From: Hyaloraphidium curvatum SAG 235-1
Lineage: Eukaryota > Fungi > Monoblepharomycota
Length of the DNA stretch: 64,000 bases
Reading direction: 5' to 3'
Assembly (NCBI GenBank): GCA_025558095.1
Contig: JAIVFI010000017.1
Location: 558,001 to 622,000, forward strand
Shown here one piece after another: positions 1 to 10,342 of the stretch (within the stretch, counting starts at the first letter, position 1; each line of letters opens with the position of its first letter). The notes under the pieces were generated by a model. That model ran no database searches. It was not told the DNA's origin and saw nothing but the letters and a program-made list of their open reading frames with translations. A program made the translations under genes and the position numbers.

Positions 1-627
1 GGCGGGCGCATGGTGGCTTTGCTTTGACTAGGGACCGGAGATCTGTGAGGTGGATTCAACAGACGGATGCGAACGATGAAGGCGACGCAGTTCCGATTCT
101 ACGACTTAGCCACCGCAATTTATCCCACGACGAAAACAGACGCATCACGTCGGCCGGCCCATCCCAGCAGACAGCGGACCGATGTCCGCTCAGGTGTTCT
201 CCGTGCACCCCCCAGTATCGCAACGCTGCCCAGACGGGCACGCTGTGGCCGGTTGCGCGGTTGATCAGCTTGCCACAACGTGCACACGATTCGCCTGCGG
301 AAACGAACAAACGCACCATTCCCGCACCGTCCGCAGTTCTGGTCGCTCCAGTCGGTGTCGACACAGGACCCGGAGCAGCATGTTTTCGATCCCACCGCAG
401 GCTGCCCGGGAGGTGGGGGGGGGGGGCGCGGAGGGGGTATAGGAGGATTGTCAGTTGCCGGCCGATGCGACCCCAGGGCGTGGAACATCGTACAACTACT
501 GCAGCCTCCACAGTTGTTTGCATCGTCCTGAGTGTTGACGCAGACGCCAGCGCCGTCTCCGCATGTGTCCGGCAGCACCGGGGGGCAGTGACACACGCCG
601 CCCGAGCAGGTCGAGCCGTCCGGGCAC

Positions 628-758
628 TGTCAGGACGGGGCGCGGGGGACCCGTAAAGACCTGTGTTGACGACGTTGAGGAGTCACTACACAGCACTGCG
701 CCTAGTCTTCCCTCGCCGGGGACCACCGTCCCCCTTGCCCCGACGCCGGCGCGTTACA
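628..758 (-). repeat. 3' LTR (131 bp)
   Basis: tgtcaggacg...gcgttaca, identical to 5973-6103. Confidence 0.97.
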
Positions 759-2422
759 TCACCCCCCCCCAACCGCCGCGTAGGACCCGGCTTGTCCGGA
801 AAGCGGCGGTGAAAGTCGGCAACGGCGTCGGGGGCGTGCTGGAGGTGCTCCCACGGTTCCCATGAGCGCTCCGATGGAGGAAAGTCCTTCCAGTCGACCA
901 AGTACTGCAAGTGATTGCGGAATCGGCGGGAATCCAGGATCTGGTTAACCTCGTACTCGGGTTCGCCGTCAATGATGTCCGGGGGTGGAGTCTCTGCGAC
1001 GCGGCCGGGAAAATCGGCGGTGTCCGAGGGAGTATAGGGTTCGAGAAGCGAGACGTGAAAAACGTCATGAATGCCCATCGTGGGCGGAAGATCCAATCGA
1101 AACGCAACGGGATTGATCTGCTCCTTAATGCGGTAGGGCCCGAGGTAGCGAACGTCGAGCTTGCGAGACGGTCGACGCGTACGAATATTGCGCGCCGATA
1201 GCCAAGCACGGTCGCCGACGCGGAAAACGGGAGCATCCTCACGACTGACGTCTGCGGAGTCTTTGTAGCGTTCCTGGGCCCGCTGGAGGTTCTCGCGAAG
1301 GACGTCGTGGAGGGCGCGAAGCTCCCGGATGCGTTCCTCGGCGGCGGGAACGCGCGGCGCGTCGGGTGCTAAAAAGTCGGCTCGCGGGTCGTAACCGTAG
1401 TTGGCGCGGAAAGGCGACATGCCAATGCTGGCGTGCACCGAGTTGTTGTACGCGAACTCGGCGAGCGGGAGCTGATTGAACCAGTCGTCCTGGGCGTAAT
1501 TGACGTAGGTCCGGAGGTACTGCTCCAAAATCTGATTGATGCGCTCCGTCTGGCCGTCCGACTCGGGGTGCGCGGCCGAGGAGCGGTAAAGCTTGATGTC
1601 CATGAGTCCAAGAAGCCTTTCCCAGAATTTGGCGATGAATTGCGGTCCGCGGTCGCTGACGATGTCGAAGGGGAAGCCGTGGAGGCGGAATATTTCGCGA
1701 AGGAAGAGCCGAGCGGTGTCGTCGGCGGAGAAGTCCTTCCGCGCGCCAGCAAAATGAGCCTGCTTGGTCGACCGATCGGCCACGACGAGCACGGCGTCGA
1801 ATCCCTCGGACTGGGGCAGGTCGGTGACGAAGTCTATACTGATCGAACGCCAAGGTCCGTCCGGGATTGGAAGTGGCTGGAGAAGGCCGTGCGGGGCATG
1901 GCGCGGGGCCTTGGTTCGCGTGCACGTCTCGCAGCTCCGAATGTAGCGGGCGACGGTGTCCCAAACACGCGGCCACCAAAAATCTCGCAATATGAGCTCC
2001 ACAGTCTTGCGAATTCCGAAGTGGCCGGCAGTAACGGCATCGTGACGGGTTCGGAGAAGCTCCGTCCGAGACTTGCCGACCGGCACGAAGATGAGACCGT
2101 CGCGGTAGAGAATGCCATCGAGAAGATGGAAACGAGAAACGGACGCGTCGTGAGCCTCCAGAAGAGCGATAATGCGACGGGCGAATGGGTCCTTGGCCGT
2201 ATCGCGACGGATCATGTCCAGGAAATCCAACGAAGTCGCGTGGAGCGCGGCGACCAGGTGCGGCCCGAGGAGCGTGACGCGCTGTTGCGTAGAGACATCG
2301 TCGAAGTTGCCCGGAACGTAGTCGGAGCGGCGAGAAAGCGCGTCGGCGACGACTTGATCGGTGCCGGGTCGATGCTTCAAAACAAAGTCGTAGCCCGCGA
2401 GGGTCATGGCCTCATGGCCCAT
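686..2422 (-). CDS. Integrase with C-terminal chromodomain (out of frame with upstream pol)
   Basis: HHCC zinc motif (H..GHFG..CETC), SIDFV..SDRG..DGQTER core, GPY motif, chromodomain EYEVNQILDSR..YLVDWKD..SWEP. The ORF runs into the 3' LTR. Confidence 0.95.
   Translation of the reverse strand: MGHEAMTLAGYDFVLKHRPGTDQVVADALSRRSDYVPGNFDDVSTQQRVTLLGPHLVAALHATSLDFLDMIRRDTAKDPFARRIIALLEAHDASVSRFHLLDGILYRDGLIFVPVGKSRTELLRTRHDAVTAGHFGIRKTVELILRDFWWPRVWDTVARYIRSCETCTRTKAPRHAPHGLLQPLPIPDGPWRSISIDFVTDLPQSEGFDAVLVVADRSTKQAHFAGARKDFSADDTARLFLREIFRLHGFPFDIVSDRGPQFIAKFWERLLGLMDIKLYRSSAAHPESDGQTERINQILEQYLRTYVNYAQDDWFNQLPLAEFAYNNSVHASIGMSPFRANYGYDPRADFLAPDAPRVPAAEERIRELRALHDVLRENLQRAQERYKDSADVSREDAPVFRVGDRAWLSARNIRTRRPSRKLDVRYLGPYRIKEQINPVAFRLDLPPTMGIHDVFHVSLLEPYTPSDTADFPGRVAETPPPDIIDGEPEYEVNQILDSRRFRNHLQYLVDWKDFPPSERSWEPWEHLQHAPDAVADFHRRFPDKPGPTRRLGGGDVTRRRRGKGDGGPRRGKTRRSAV
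761..774 (-). other. Polypurine tract
   Basis: G-run on the minus strand (ggttgggggggggt) immediately before the 3' LTR. Confidence 0.8.
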
Positions 2423-5400
2423 CGAGCCTGACGGCGATTGAGCATCTGCTGCTTCATGAAGTACTCCAGGTTCTTGTGGTCCGTGAAGACGTCGACTTTA
2501 TGCGGGCTACCCTCGAGGTATCGCCGCCACGCCTTGAACGCGTCGACAACTGCGAGTAGCTCCTTGTCGTAGATCGGGTAGTTGATCTCCGCCGGCTGGA
2601 ACTTCCGGGAATGAAACGCCACGGGATGCATAAGCCCGTCGTTGGGGGCGGGCTGCGACAGCACGGCTCCGAGGGCGAAGTCGGAAGCATCTGCCTCAAC
2701 TGTGTACGGAACGGCTGGATCGGCGTTACGCAGGAACGGAGCCGAAGTGAAAGCGGATTTGAGCGCATCGAAGGCTGCGCGAGCTTCCGGCGTGAAACGG
2801 AACGGATCGCCCGGCTTGAGCTTAGTGAGGTCCGTGAGCGGAAGTGTGATCTGCGCGTAGTCCTTGATGAAGCAGCGGTAGAAGTTGGCAAAGCCGAGGA
2901 AGCTTTGGAGCTGGCGAAGGGTCGCAGGCTCGGGCCATGAGGTGATGGACTCGACCTTGGAGGGGTCCATGATGACCTTGCCGTCGCCCACGATGAACCC
3001 GGCGTACTCGACGGTCGTAACATCGAACGAACACTTGGAGAGCTTCGCGTACAGGTGGTTGTCCCGGAGGCGCTGCAGAACCTGGCGCACATGCCCCGCG
3101 TGATCGGCTTCGTTCTCTGAGAAGATCAAGATGTCGTCGAGGTAGATCGCGACGAAGATGTCGAGTACGTCATGGAAGATGCTGTGCATGAAGCGCTGGA
3201 AGATGGCCGGCGCATTCATGAGGCCCATGGGCATGACGAGGTACTCGAACTGGCCGTAGCGGGTGCGGAAAGCCGTCTTCCACTCGTCTCCTTCGCAGAC
3301 GCGAATCTGACGGTAGGCTTCGCGGAGATCCAGCTTGGTGAAGATCTTGGCACGGGAGAGGCGGTCCAGAAGGTCGGAAATGAGCGGGATCGGGTAGCGG
3401 TCTCGCTTCGTGATCCGGTTGAGACCGCGGTAATCCTCGCAGACGCGAAGCCCGCCATCCTTCTTCTTTGCAAAGATGACTGGAACCCCGCTCGGAGAAT
3501 CCGAAGGGCGGAGACGCCCCGATGCGGAAAGCTCTTCGATGTGCTTCCGGAGTGCCTCGGATTCGACTTCGGAGAGGCCGTGGAGACGTCCAGAAGGAGG
3601 GACTGCCCCTTCTTCGAGTTCGATTGCGCAATCGAAACCGGGACGATGCGGCGGCAGTGACGATGCAGGCTTGTCCGGGTCGAAGACGTCCGCGAAGTCG
3701 GCGTACTGCGATGGGACCGTGGGCTCGGCGGCGGCCGCGCTTGCAGCGCGCGCGGCGGGGTCGGAGACCATGGCGACGAAGATCTGTGCGTCCTTGCGCT
3801 TGCGACGCATCTCGGCGACAAACTGGCGCGCCGAGAGATTAGCGATCTTCACCTTAGGCGGCGGAGGCGGAGGTACTTCCGGAGGCGCGCCCCGACCGGT
3901 CCCATCGGCCGGGGTTGGCCTCGGCGGTTGTTCGTCGACCCCGCGGCCCAAGGGGACGGCCTGCGGAGGTCTGCCTGCGTCGCCCGATCCCATGGAAGCC
4001 GAAAAAGAAGCCGTGTGTGGGTATTCGGACTCCGTGATGTCCTCGAGGATGGTCCGGTCGCTGGCCTGGCTGGAGGCGGGGTCAGCAGCTGGGAGACATC
4101 CACCGGCAGAGACGGATACGTCCACCGGGGCCGCCCGGCTGGCGCCTTCAGCCGGGCTTGTCTTTGGCGGTTCCTGATCCGCCGCCGGAGCCTTAGGCGC
4201 GCTCAACGGCGGGGAAACTCCCGGTGCGAACGGGCGAGGGATCCGCAGGGATCGACGGGACCAATCGAGCGCCGCGTTCACGAACTCGAAGTACGAGAGT
4301 CCGAGAACGACCGGAATTGACGCGCTGATGATGTTGAAGCTGACTCCGACGGTAATGCCATCGGCTGTCAGTGCGACGGGCTCCGTCTCCTGGGTGACGT
4401 CGCCCGACGAAATAGGCCGCCCGTCCACCACGTCGAGCCCGAAAGGCGTGGAGCGCTGCAAGCACGAGTATCCAACGCAGCGCGCGAAAGCCTCATCCAT
4501 GAAGCAGGCGTCGGCGCCGGAGTCCACGAGTGCGTCCACGATCCGAAGCCGGCCGTCCGGAAGCACGATGCGCACGGGAATGACGAAGGAAGGAACCGGG
4601 TCGGACCGGAGCAGAGGAAATGGCGGCCGCCCGGAAGACGCCGCCAAGCAAGGGGCACGGGAAAACTGAAGACTTGTATTGGCATCGCCAGCGTCGGAGG
4701 TGCCCCGGAATCCGAGCTGGCGTTTCAAAAAGACGACGATGCAGACTTGGCGGGGCAAAAGGCCTTGACGTGACCGGGCTGACCACAGTAAATGCAGAGC
4801 CCCTCGCGAAGGCGGCGCTGGCGCTCCTCCGGCGTCAGCTTGGCGCGCGACCCTGAGGACGCCGAGCCTGAAGCCCCGCCCGGCTGGCCAGATGCAGACG
4901 CGGAGCCCAGCACCATCGGCACGGGGCCGGAAGCACTTGCGGAAGGAGCTGCCGGAGAGACATGCGATCCGATGGGCACCGACTGCATCGCTCCGGGGTA
5001 GGGATACCCGGTCGCGGCTCCGAGCTTTGCGCAGCGCAGCTTGCTGCTCGGAGAGGCGAACTTGAGCAGCAAATGCGATCTTCTTCGCTTCCTGGTACGT
5101 GCTGGGCTTCGAATGCTGGCCCATCTGGTTCACGATCTCCGCGGAGAGGCCAGCCAGGAACATATCCATGAACGTGGCATCACTGTAGCCCTCGACATCC
5201 GGCTTCAGGCTTTCAAATTCGACTGCGTATTCGGCCAGATGCCCGGGCTTCTGGACGAGTGCATGGAGCGCATTGACGGCGGAAGTGTGTCGAAGTGGCA
5301 TCTGAAAGGTAGAGAGAAACTCCTCGCGAAGCGAGATCCACGAGGGCGCAATCGTCCCGGAGCTGCTCTGCTGGGCAGCAAACCAGCGGAGCGCATCGCC

Positions 5401-5907
5401 CTTGAGAAGCAGACTGAAGAACGCGATCTTTTGGGCGTCCGAGGCAAGCTCCGGCTTGAGCTCGAGCGCGTTGTCGACCTGCATCATGAAGTAACGGGTG
5501 CGTGCGTGATCGGTCCCGTCGAACTTGTCCGGGGTAGGCACGTTGATCGGTTTCGCGGTTGGGGCAGCAGCGGCGTGCTGGGGCAGGAACCCCATGCGCG
5601 CGACAGAGCCGACAAACGCGTCCGTGAGCGCAGCGGCGGACACCGAAATCGGAGCAGACAGAGGAGCGTGCTGCGCGACGTGGGTTGCTTGGGAAGCGCG
5701 GTAGGTGGCGACTTGGGCACGGATCGGGAGCGCGATGAACTCGGGCTGAGCGTCGCCGAGGGCGTCCAAGAAGCTGACGAAAGCAGCACGCTCCTGCGGC
5801 TCGAGGGTATCAAGGAAAACCCTTTCGCGCTCGATAAGGACTTCGACGGGAGTCTGGGGGTCCGGGGTCGCGGAGAGGAGATCGCGGAGAGCGTCGGCGC
5901 CAGCCAT
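2404..5907 (-). CDS. Gag-protease-reverse transcriptase-RNase H polyprotein (Gag zinc knuckle is in an alternate frame, 4725-5025)
   Basis: PDKFDG gag motif; ALVDSGA aspartic protease; YLDD RT; [24 protein letters not shown] RNase [15 protein letters not shown] is in ORF 4725-5072. Confidence 0.93.
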   Translation of the reverse strand: MAGADALRDLLSATPDPQTPVEVLIERERVFLDTLEPQERAAFVSFLDALGDAQPEFIALPIRAQVATYRASQATHVAQHAPLSAPISVSAAALTDAFVGSVARMGFLPQHAAAAPTAKPINVPTPDKFDGTDHARTRYFMMQVDNALELKPELASDAQKIAFFSLLLKGDALRWFAAQQSSSGTIAPSWISLREEFLSTFQMPLRHTSAVNALHALVQKPGHLAEYAVEFESLKPDVEGYSDATFMDMFLAGLSAEIVNQMGQHSKPSTYQEAKKIAFAAQVRLSEQQAALRKARSRDRVSLPRSDAVGAHRIACLSGSSFRKCFRPRADGAGLRVCIWPAGRGFRLGVLRVARQADAGGAPAPPSRGALHLLWSARSRQGLLPRQVCIVVFLKRQLGFRGTSDAGDANTSLQFSRAPCLAASSGRPPFPLLRSDPVPSFVIPVRIVLPDGRLRIVDALVDSGADACFMDEAFARCVGYSCLQRSTPFGLDVVDGRPISSGDVTQETEPVALTADGITVGVSFNIISASIPVVLGLSYFEFVNAALDWSRRSLRIPRPFAPGVSPPLSAPKAPAADQEPPKTSPAEGASRAAPVDVSVSAGGCLPAADPASSQASDRTILEDITESEYPHTASFSASMGSGDAGRPPQAVPLGRGVDEQPPRPTPADGTGRGAPPEVPPPPPPKVKIANLSARQFVAEMRRKRKDAQIFVAMVSDPAARAASAAAAEPTVPSQYADFADVFDPDKPASSLPPHRPGFDCAIELEEGAVPPSGRLHGLSEVESEALRKHIEELSASGRLRPSDSPSGVPVIFAKKKDGGLRVCEDYRGLNRITKRDRYPIPLISDLLDRLSRAKIFTKLDLREAYRQIRVCEGDEWKTAFRTRYGQFEYLVMPMGLMNAPAIFQRFMHSIFHDVLDIFVAIYLDDILIFSENEADHAGHVRQVLQRLRDNHLYAKLSKCSFDVTTVEYAGFIVGDGKVIMDPSKVESITSWPEPATLRQLQSFLGFANFYRCFIKDYAQITLPLTDLTKLKPGDPFRFTPEARAAFDALKSAFTSAPFLRNADPAVPYTVEADASDFALGAVLSQPAPNDGLMHPVAFHSRKFQPAEINYPIYDKELLAVVDAFKAWRRYLEGSPHKVDVFTDHKNLEYFMKQQMLNRRQARWAMRP

Positions 5908-5959
5908 GCTGCACCGAGGGCGAGGTCACGGGGAACGGGAAACGTGGATTCAGGGTTGG

Positions 5960-5970
5960 AACGTCGTCAA
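5960..5970 (-). other. Self-priming primer binding site (11 nt)
   Basis: Minus-strand TTGACGACGTT lies 2 nt inside the 5' LTR and is perfectly complementary to minus-strand AACGTCGTCAA within the LTR (6011-6021). Confidence 0.85.
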
Positions 5971-5972
5971 AC

Positions 5973-6103
5973 TGTCAGGACGGGGCGCGGGGGACCCGTA
6001 AAGACCTGTGTTGACGACGTTGAGGAGTCACTACACAGCACTGCGCCTAGTCTTCCCTCGCCGGGGACCACCGTCCCCCTTGCCCCGACGCCGGCGCGTT
6101 ACA
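5973..6103 (-). repeat. 5' LTR (131 bp)
   Basis: Identical to 628-758. Confidence 0.97.
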
Positions 6104-6270
6104 CCGGGCATTCTGGCGGGAAATTGGGTGCCGTCAATCCCCGATCAGCCTTCTGCGGTAGCGAAGCGGCCTACGATGGTCGCAGTAGCCGCAGTGATTC
6201 ATGTTGTTCGTCGTGTTGACGCACCCCCTGTTGCAGCACGACAGGCTGTCGGCGCAAACTACGTCACAGT

Positions 6271-6943
6271 TGCGATAGTGGGATAGTTGAGGCCATGGCC
6301 TGCTAGGACCGCCCCTGGCGTTCCCATCTGGTGCTCTCTCTCCCTGCTACTGTCCCGGCTGCTTTAACATGCTGTCCAAGCATCTTGACTAGCATTTGCT
6401 CACCTATTTGCTAAGCAAATGCTAGTGTATATACATATACGTTCTTCTCTTTAAAGCTTCATTTTCTAAAGCATCTGCTCTCCATCTCCTTACCTTTTTT
6501 ATTCTTTAATATTTTGTATACACTTATACACTCTATACACCACTTTATTCCCAGAAAAACTTTTTCGGGAGTTGGGGGCCCCGCAATTCTTGCCCCTTTC
6601 ACAATCACTGATTCTACCCCCATACCTGTGTATAACGTGTATATTTGTATACAGCTTATCACATGCTTCGGAACTCCTATCCGATGCTCATTCTCATGTA
6701 TCTCTGTGTAATGCATCCCTAGCTCCTGTGTATATACACCTTTGTCTTCATATTCGTGCTTCATTCCCCAACTCATTTGTCCCGGACCTTTACCTGTGTA
6801 TAACCTGTATACCTGTCTACAGCTCCTTATACGTTTATACATTGTATAGGCTACTTCCCCTCATACCCGTGCTTCCACTTCCTGCTCCCTCATCCCCCTC
6901 GGTGAACCCGCTCCCCTTCCCCCGACTCCCGCCCCGCCACCCC
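6271..6943 (+). repeat. Left terminal inverted repeat (673 bp)
   Basis: Reverse complement of 10343-11015 without net indels; about 3 substitutions seen by eye. Confidence 0.95.
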
Positions 6944-7045
6944 TAGTCCCCTTCTTGATTCATGATCTCATATTGTCTTCATATTCATACTTTGCTTGGT
7001 AAGTCTCCCTTGTATACACTTATACACTCTATACCCTACTTTGGA

Positions 7046-8662
7046 TCAAAAGTATGTCGTTTTCATGCTCCTCACTGTCTTATCACTACCTTGGGGATAT
7101 CTCATTGTGCTTTCCATCACATCCACGTATGGATTCCCTGAGTATGCTTTCTTGAATGCCTTTATGAAGTCTCGGAGCCCATGCTCTTTTGTTATGCCCC
7201 ACACTTTACTTGCACTTTTTAAATCATCTTGGCAAAGCTGATGCTTCAATTTAACCATTGGCTCCGTGGACTCTGCTAGATGCTCCATGACTCCCGGAAC
7301 TGCCACCAGACCATTCACCACTTCATCAGCAAACTTCTCGATCAGCGGCCTTTGCCCTTTCTGAATCTCTTTCTTCTCCGCTGTCTGCGGCATTTTGGTC
7401 GCATGAAACCCACTCAAGTCCCTCCTGAATAGCATTTCCACATAGTGTCTTGCTCCCCCTTGATCATAGTATGCTTTGTAGAGATTGTTGAAATACTATG
7501 TGTCTCCGATCTTGTCACTTGATACTCTCACCACAAAATACCTCCGGTCTCCAAGAGGGATTCTCACACAGTCATCATTGTTGCTCAGGAATATGAACCT
7601 TTGATAGTCCTTTATCATGGTTGCATCCAGTTTCTTCTTTTCCTGGCTCACATAGCTCTCGGTGATTAGAGCTTTCATCTTGTTGTCATCTCCTGTTAGC
7701 TTTTTCCCATTCCCAGATGATGGTGTCTCTTCCAAGATAGTCAGCAGTTTCCCTTCATCATTGTTGAACTGTCCTGTCAATTGAGTCCTAATGCTGATTC
7801 CTTCGATCTTTCTTCCCATCTGATACCGCCCTGAGCATCCTATGATCATCTCCATCAAGTAGTTGGCTATGGTTGACTTTCCACATCCTTGATCTCCTAT
7901 AAATACTGCTGCAATGCCTGACTTGGGATTCCCCCTCACCATATCTGCTTGGAAATCCAAGAAGAACTCATACAGATCTCTTCTTCCTGAAAATAGCACA
8001 TTCAGCTGGTGATCCAGTAAGAGTTGGATCTTTGATACATCCAGTTGCTCTCCTGGTTGCAATCTCTTTGCTTTGAGTCCTCTGAATCTATTCAGCACCA
8101 TGCAGCCTTCCTCATCCTCGAAATCATAAGGTGGCTCATTGTAGTTTGGATTAAATGCAACTGTCTCGAACTCCAACCGGTATCTGCTGTCTGTCCATAT
8201 ATCAAATAGCTTCACTTGTCGGGGTTTTCTGCCCTCTGGAATCTTGAAGTTGTATGGCTTTAAATCCATCATCAGAGTCTCCTTGCTCCCTCCCATAGTC
8301 CATGCCAATCCTGGCCTCTTTCTGAATGCAAACCTGTCCTCTGATCTAACACGAGCTATGTAAAAGTTCAAGCAGCTGACTAGAATGGTCTGGTCCTCAT
8401 CTGAAATGTCATTGTTGTACTTGGCTTTGATCACTCGTTTGTCCATGGGATCATCTAGACTTGGGATAAAGCTCCTCAGTTTTGCCCATTCCTCCGACTC
8501 ATTTGATGGCATTTCATTGCTTAGTCTTGAGTCATTGGTCCTCAGTGTTACCAATCCTGATCTTATTGAGAGCTCATCTGAGGTATGGGCATCTGATTCT
8601 GCCCCCTTCAGAGGCTTCAAATCAATCTCCATGGTTGTTACTTGCACTTCGTCGGGTTCCAT
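7046..8662 (-). pseudogene. Superfamily-3 helicase (D5/NrS-1/DUF5906-like) with one in-frame TAG at 7496-7498
   Basis: Walker A GDQGCGKS, Walker B LTILEE, motif C FIFLSNN, Arg finger GDRRYFVV, and an upstream W..R..F.P..N.F.G block. The frame continues after the stop (GDT*YFNNLY..RRDLSGFHATKMPQT). Confidence 0.85.
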
Positions 8663-8737
8663 CCTTTCCTTCCTCACACCCCCTGCTCCTTTTATGTCTG
8701 ATTGCTCCTTTACACTCTATCTGCTCTCTTTTCGATT

Positions 8738-9103
8738 CTAAACTTCATCTATCTCTGATATTCCGCTTCTCAAGATACTCTTCCAAGTCGGTGCTTCGCG
8801 AAGTAGTTTCAACACGTTGGCCCTTGCAAGATCCGAGTCCAGAATCGATGATGGGTACTGAATCCACAAATAGACATGGTGGTCCATGCCCACAAATGTG
8901 CTCACATATTCCATATCCCTCTCCCTCATTTTGTCTATCACATATTCCAAAGTTGGCAATTCCGCGTTCTCCAGGAAATCGCGAAGACCGCTTATCATGT
9001 TTCGCCGTCCCTCTGCCGTTGTCATGATGCTTTTCACCATCTTCAGCTGCTCTTCCTGCGATAACCCTTTCAAGTTTGATGGCATCACTTGCAGACTCTC
9101 CAT
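8738..9103 (-). CDS. Hypothetical protein of the TIR element (ORF open to 9469; start uncertain)
   Basis: Open frame with helical, protein-like composition in AT-rich DNA; no motif recognised. Confidence 0.5.
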   Translation of the reverse strand: MESLQVMPSNLKGLSQEEQLKMVKSIMTTAEGRRNMISGLRDFLENAELPTLEYVIDKMRERDMEYVSTFVGMDHHVYLWIQYPSSILDSDLARANVLKLLREAPTWKSILRSGISEIDEV

Positions 9104-9227
9104 GTTCTGCGATCTTTTTGCTATTTCTAAGAGACTCTTGTTGCTCCTATTCCCCGGGATTTTCAGCGAGTTCTTCAGCCATTTCTTTCCAATCTCATGT
9201 GTGCTGACCCAGTCCGATACTAGAGTA

Positions 9228-10193
9228 ATGACATGCTCCTTCACCACACCTTCATCATTCCAGAACTTGAAATTCTGTAAACAACACCCCGTTGGGAACA
9301 ATTGCCCCACCGCTATCAGTTCTGATGCTTCGTCCAAGTCTGTTGATGTTTCAAATAGTGTATCAAAGCGTGCAAACGACTTGCCATTGGTGGTGTATGA
9401 CAAGATCATGGAACATGCGGATCCAAGAAGCATATATACGTTGTCAAGGGTGAGTTTGAATGCAAACAATGCTTTCCATCACATGAGAGACAAAGTGTAT
9501 GATAGAAAGTTGGAGAACATTTTAAACACGTTTGACCCAGGAAGGTACTATAGTGTGGATCCAACATCTCAATCGGGGCAACGTTTGCTGATTGCTCTGA
9601 ATGACTACATTAGAAGGGGATACAAGACAGAAAAGGCACATGGTTATTTGAGCCATGTATTGGAACAGTTGCGGAATTTCAGAGACGTTGTAAGCTCAAG
9701 GCGTTCAGAGACAGATAGCACCTACCTGAGTTCAGTGAAGAGTCACCGTGAAATAGCCACGGAGCCGAGCCGACAGTTCATAAGAATGTGGGCAAAGGAC
9801 TTGGTGCAGGCATGTTTTAGCCGGACGGACTTTAAGTCAATCCATATGTTTGGCGGCCAATTGGAGTTCATAGCAAAGAATGCAGATGTATTTGGAGCAT
9901 GGGCAAGGATTGTGATAGGTGGAGTTCTTGGTGGCAAGATCGACTTTGTGAATGATAGTTTTGGACAGGGAAACCTAGCATCTACAGAAGAAGTAAAAGA
10001 GATTGTCATATTCCTAGATAGGTTTGACGGTTTCACGGATCTTTTCAAGAAGGTAGTGGAAACGAATGGGGAGCAAGATCTAAGAGTGAGGAACCGAGTG
10101 TTCAGAAATCTATCAGGTGCCTATGATCCACAGGGACTAGTAAGAGCGATTCGCAAGGGATTGGGAGCACTAGGACATGTGTGGCAGGCATAG
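9228..10193 (+). CDS. Hypothetical protein with an N-terminal F-box-like motif (start uncertain)
   Basis: Long ORF in AT-rich DNA. LPLVVYDKIMEHADPRSIYTLSRVS (from 9381) resembles the F-box consensus. Confidence 0.6.
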   Translation: MTCSFTTPSSFQNLKFCKQHPVGNNCPTAISSDASSKSVDVSNSVSKRANDLPLVVYDKIMEHADPRSIYTLSRVSLNANNAFHHMRDKVYDRKLENILNTFDPGRYYSVDPTSQSGQRLLIALNDYIRRGYKTEKAHGYLSHVLEQLRNFRDVVSSRRSETDSTYLSSVKSHREIATEPSRQFIRMWAKDLVQACFSRTDFKSIHMFGGQLEFIAKNADVFGAWARIVIGGVLGGKIDFVNDSFGQGNLASTEEVKEIVIFLDRFDGFTDLFKKVVETNGEQDLRVRNRVFRNLSGAYDPQGLVRAIRKGLGALGHVWQA

Positions 10194-10342
10194 CCGATGA
10201 AGCAGCGAAAGTTCTTACGTCGATGTCATTCACATGCAGATCTTGGAGGACCTGATCCAGTGTTAGCCGTTATGCCAATGCGACCAAGTGTATAAGTAAC
10301 AAGCATTGAAAGCAGCCAAAAAGGGACCAAGAACGGGACTTG

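Larger units (their letters stand above)
628..6103 (-). mobile_element. Ty3/Gypsy chromovirus LTR retrotransposon (Tf1/sushi-like), full length, with internal frameshifts
   Basis: Two identical 131-bp LTRs (TG...CA). Domain order gag-PR-RT-RH-IN-chromodomain. PPT and PBS are present, plus a flanking duplication. Confidence 0.97.

Noticed and set aside
1433-2431. Plus-strand ORFs over the retrotransposon (also 5041-6219)
   Set aside because: Antisense shadows of GC-rich pol/gag.
5950-5972. tRNA-type primer binding site
   Set aside because: No TGG start complementary to tRNA CCA; better explained by self-priming.
6459-6842. 127-aa ORF within each TIR (also 10444-10827)
   Set aside because: Built from TGTATA-type DNA repeats with no protein motif; its presence in both TIRs follows from the repeat itself. 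Not called as a CDS.
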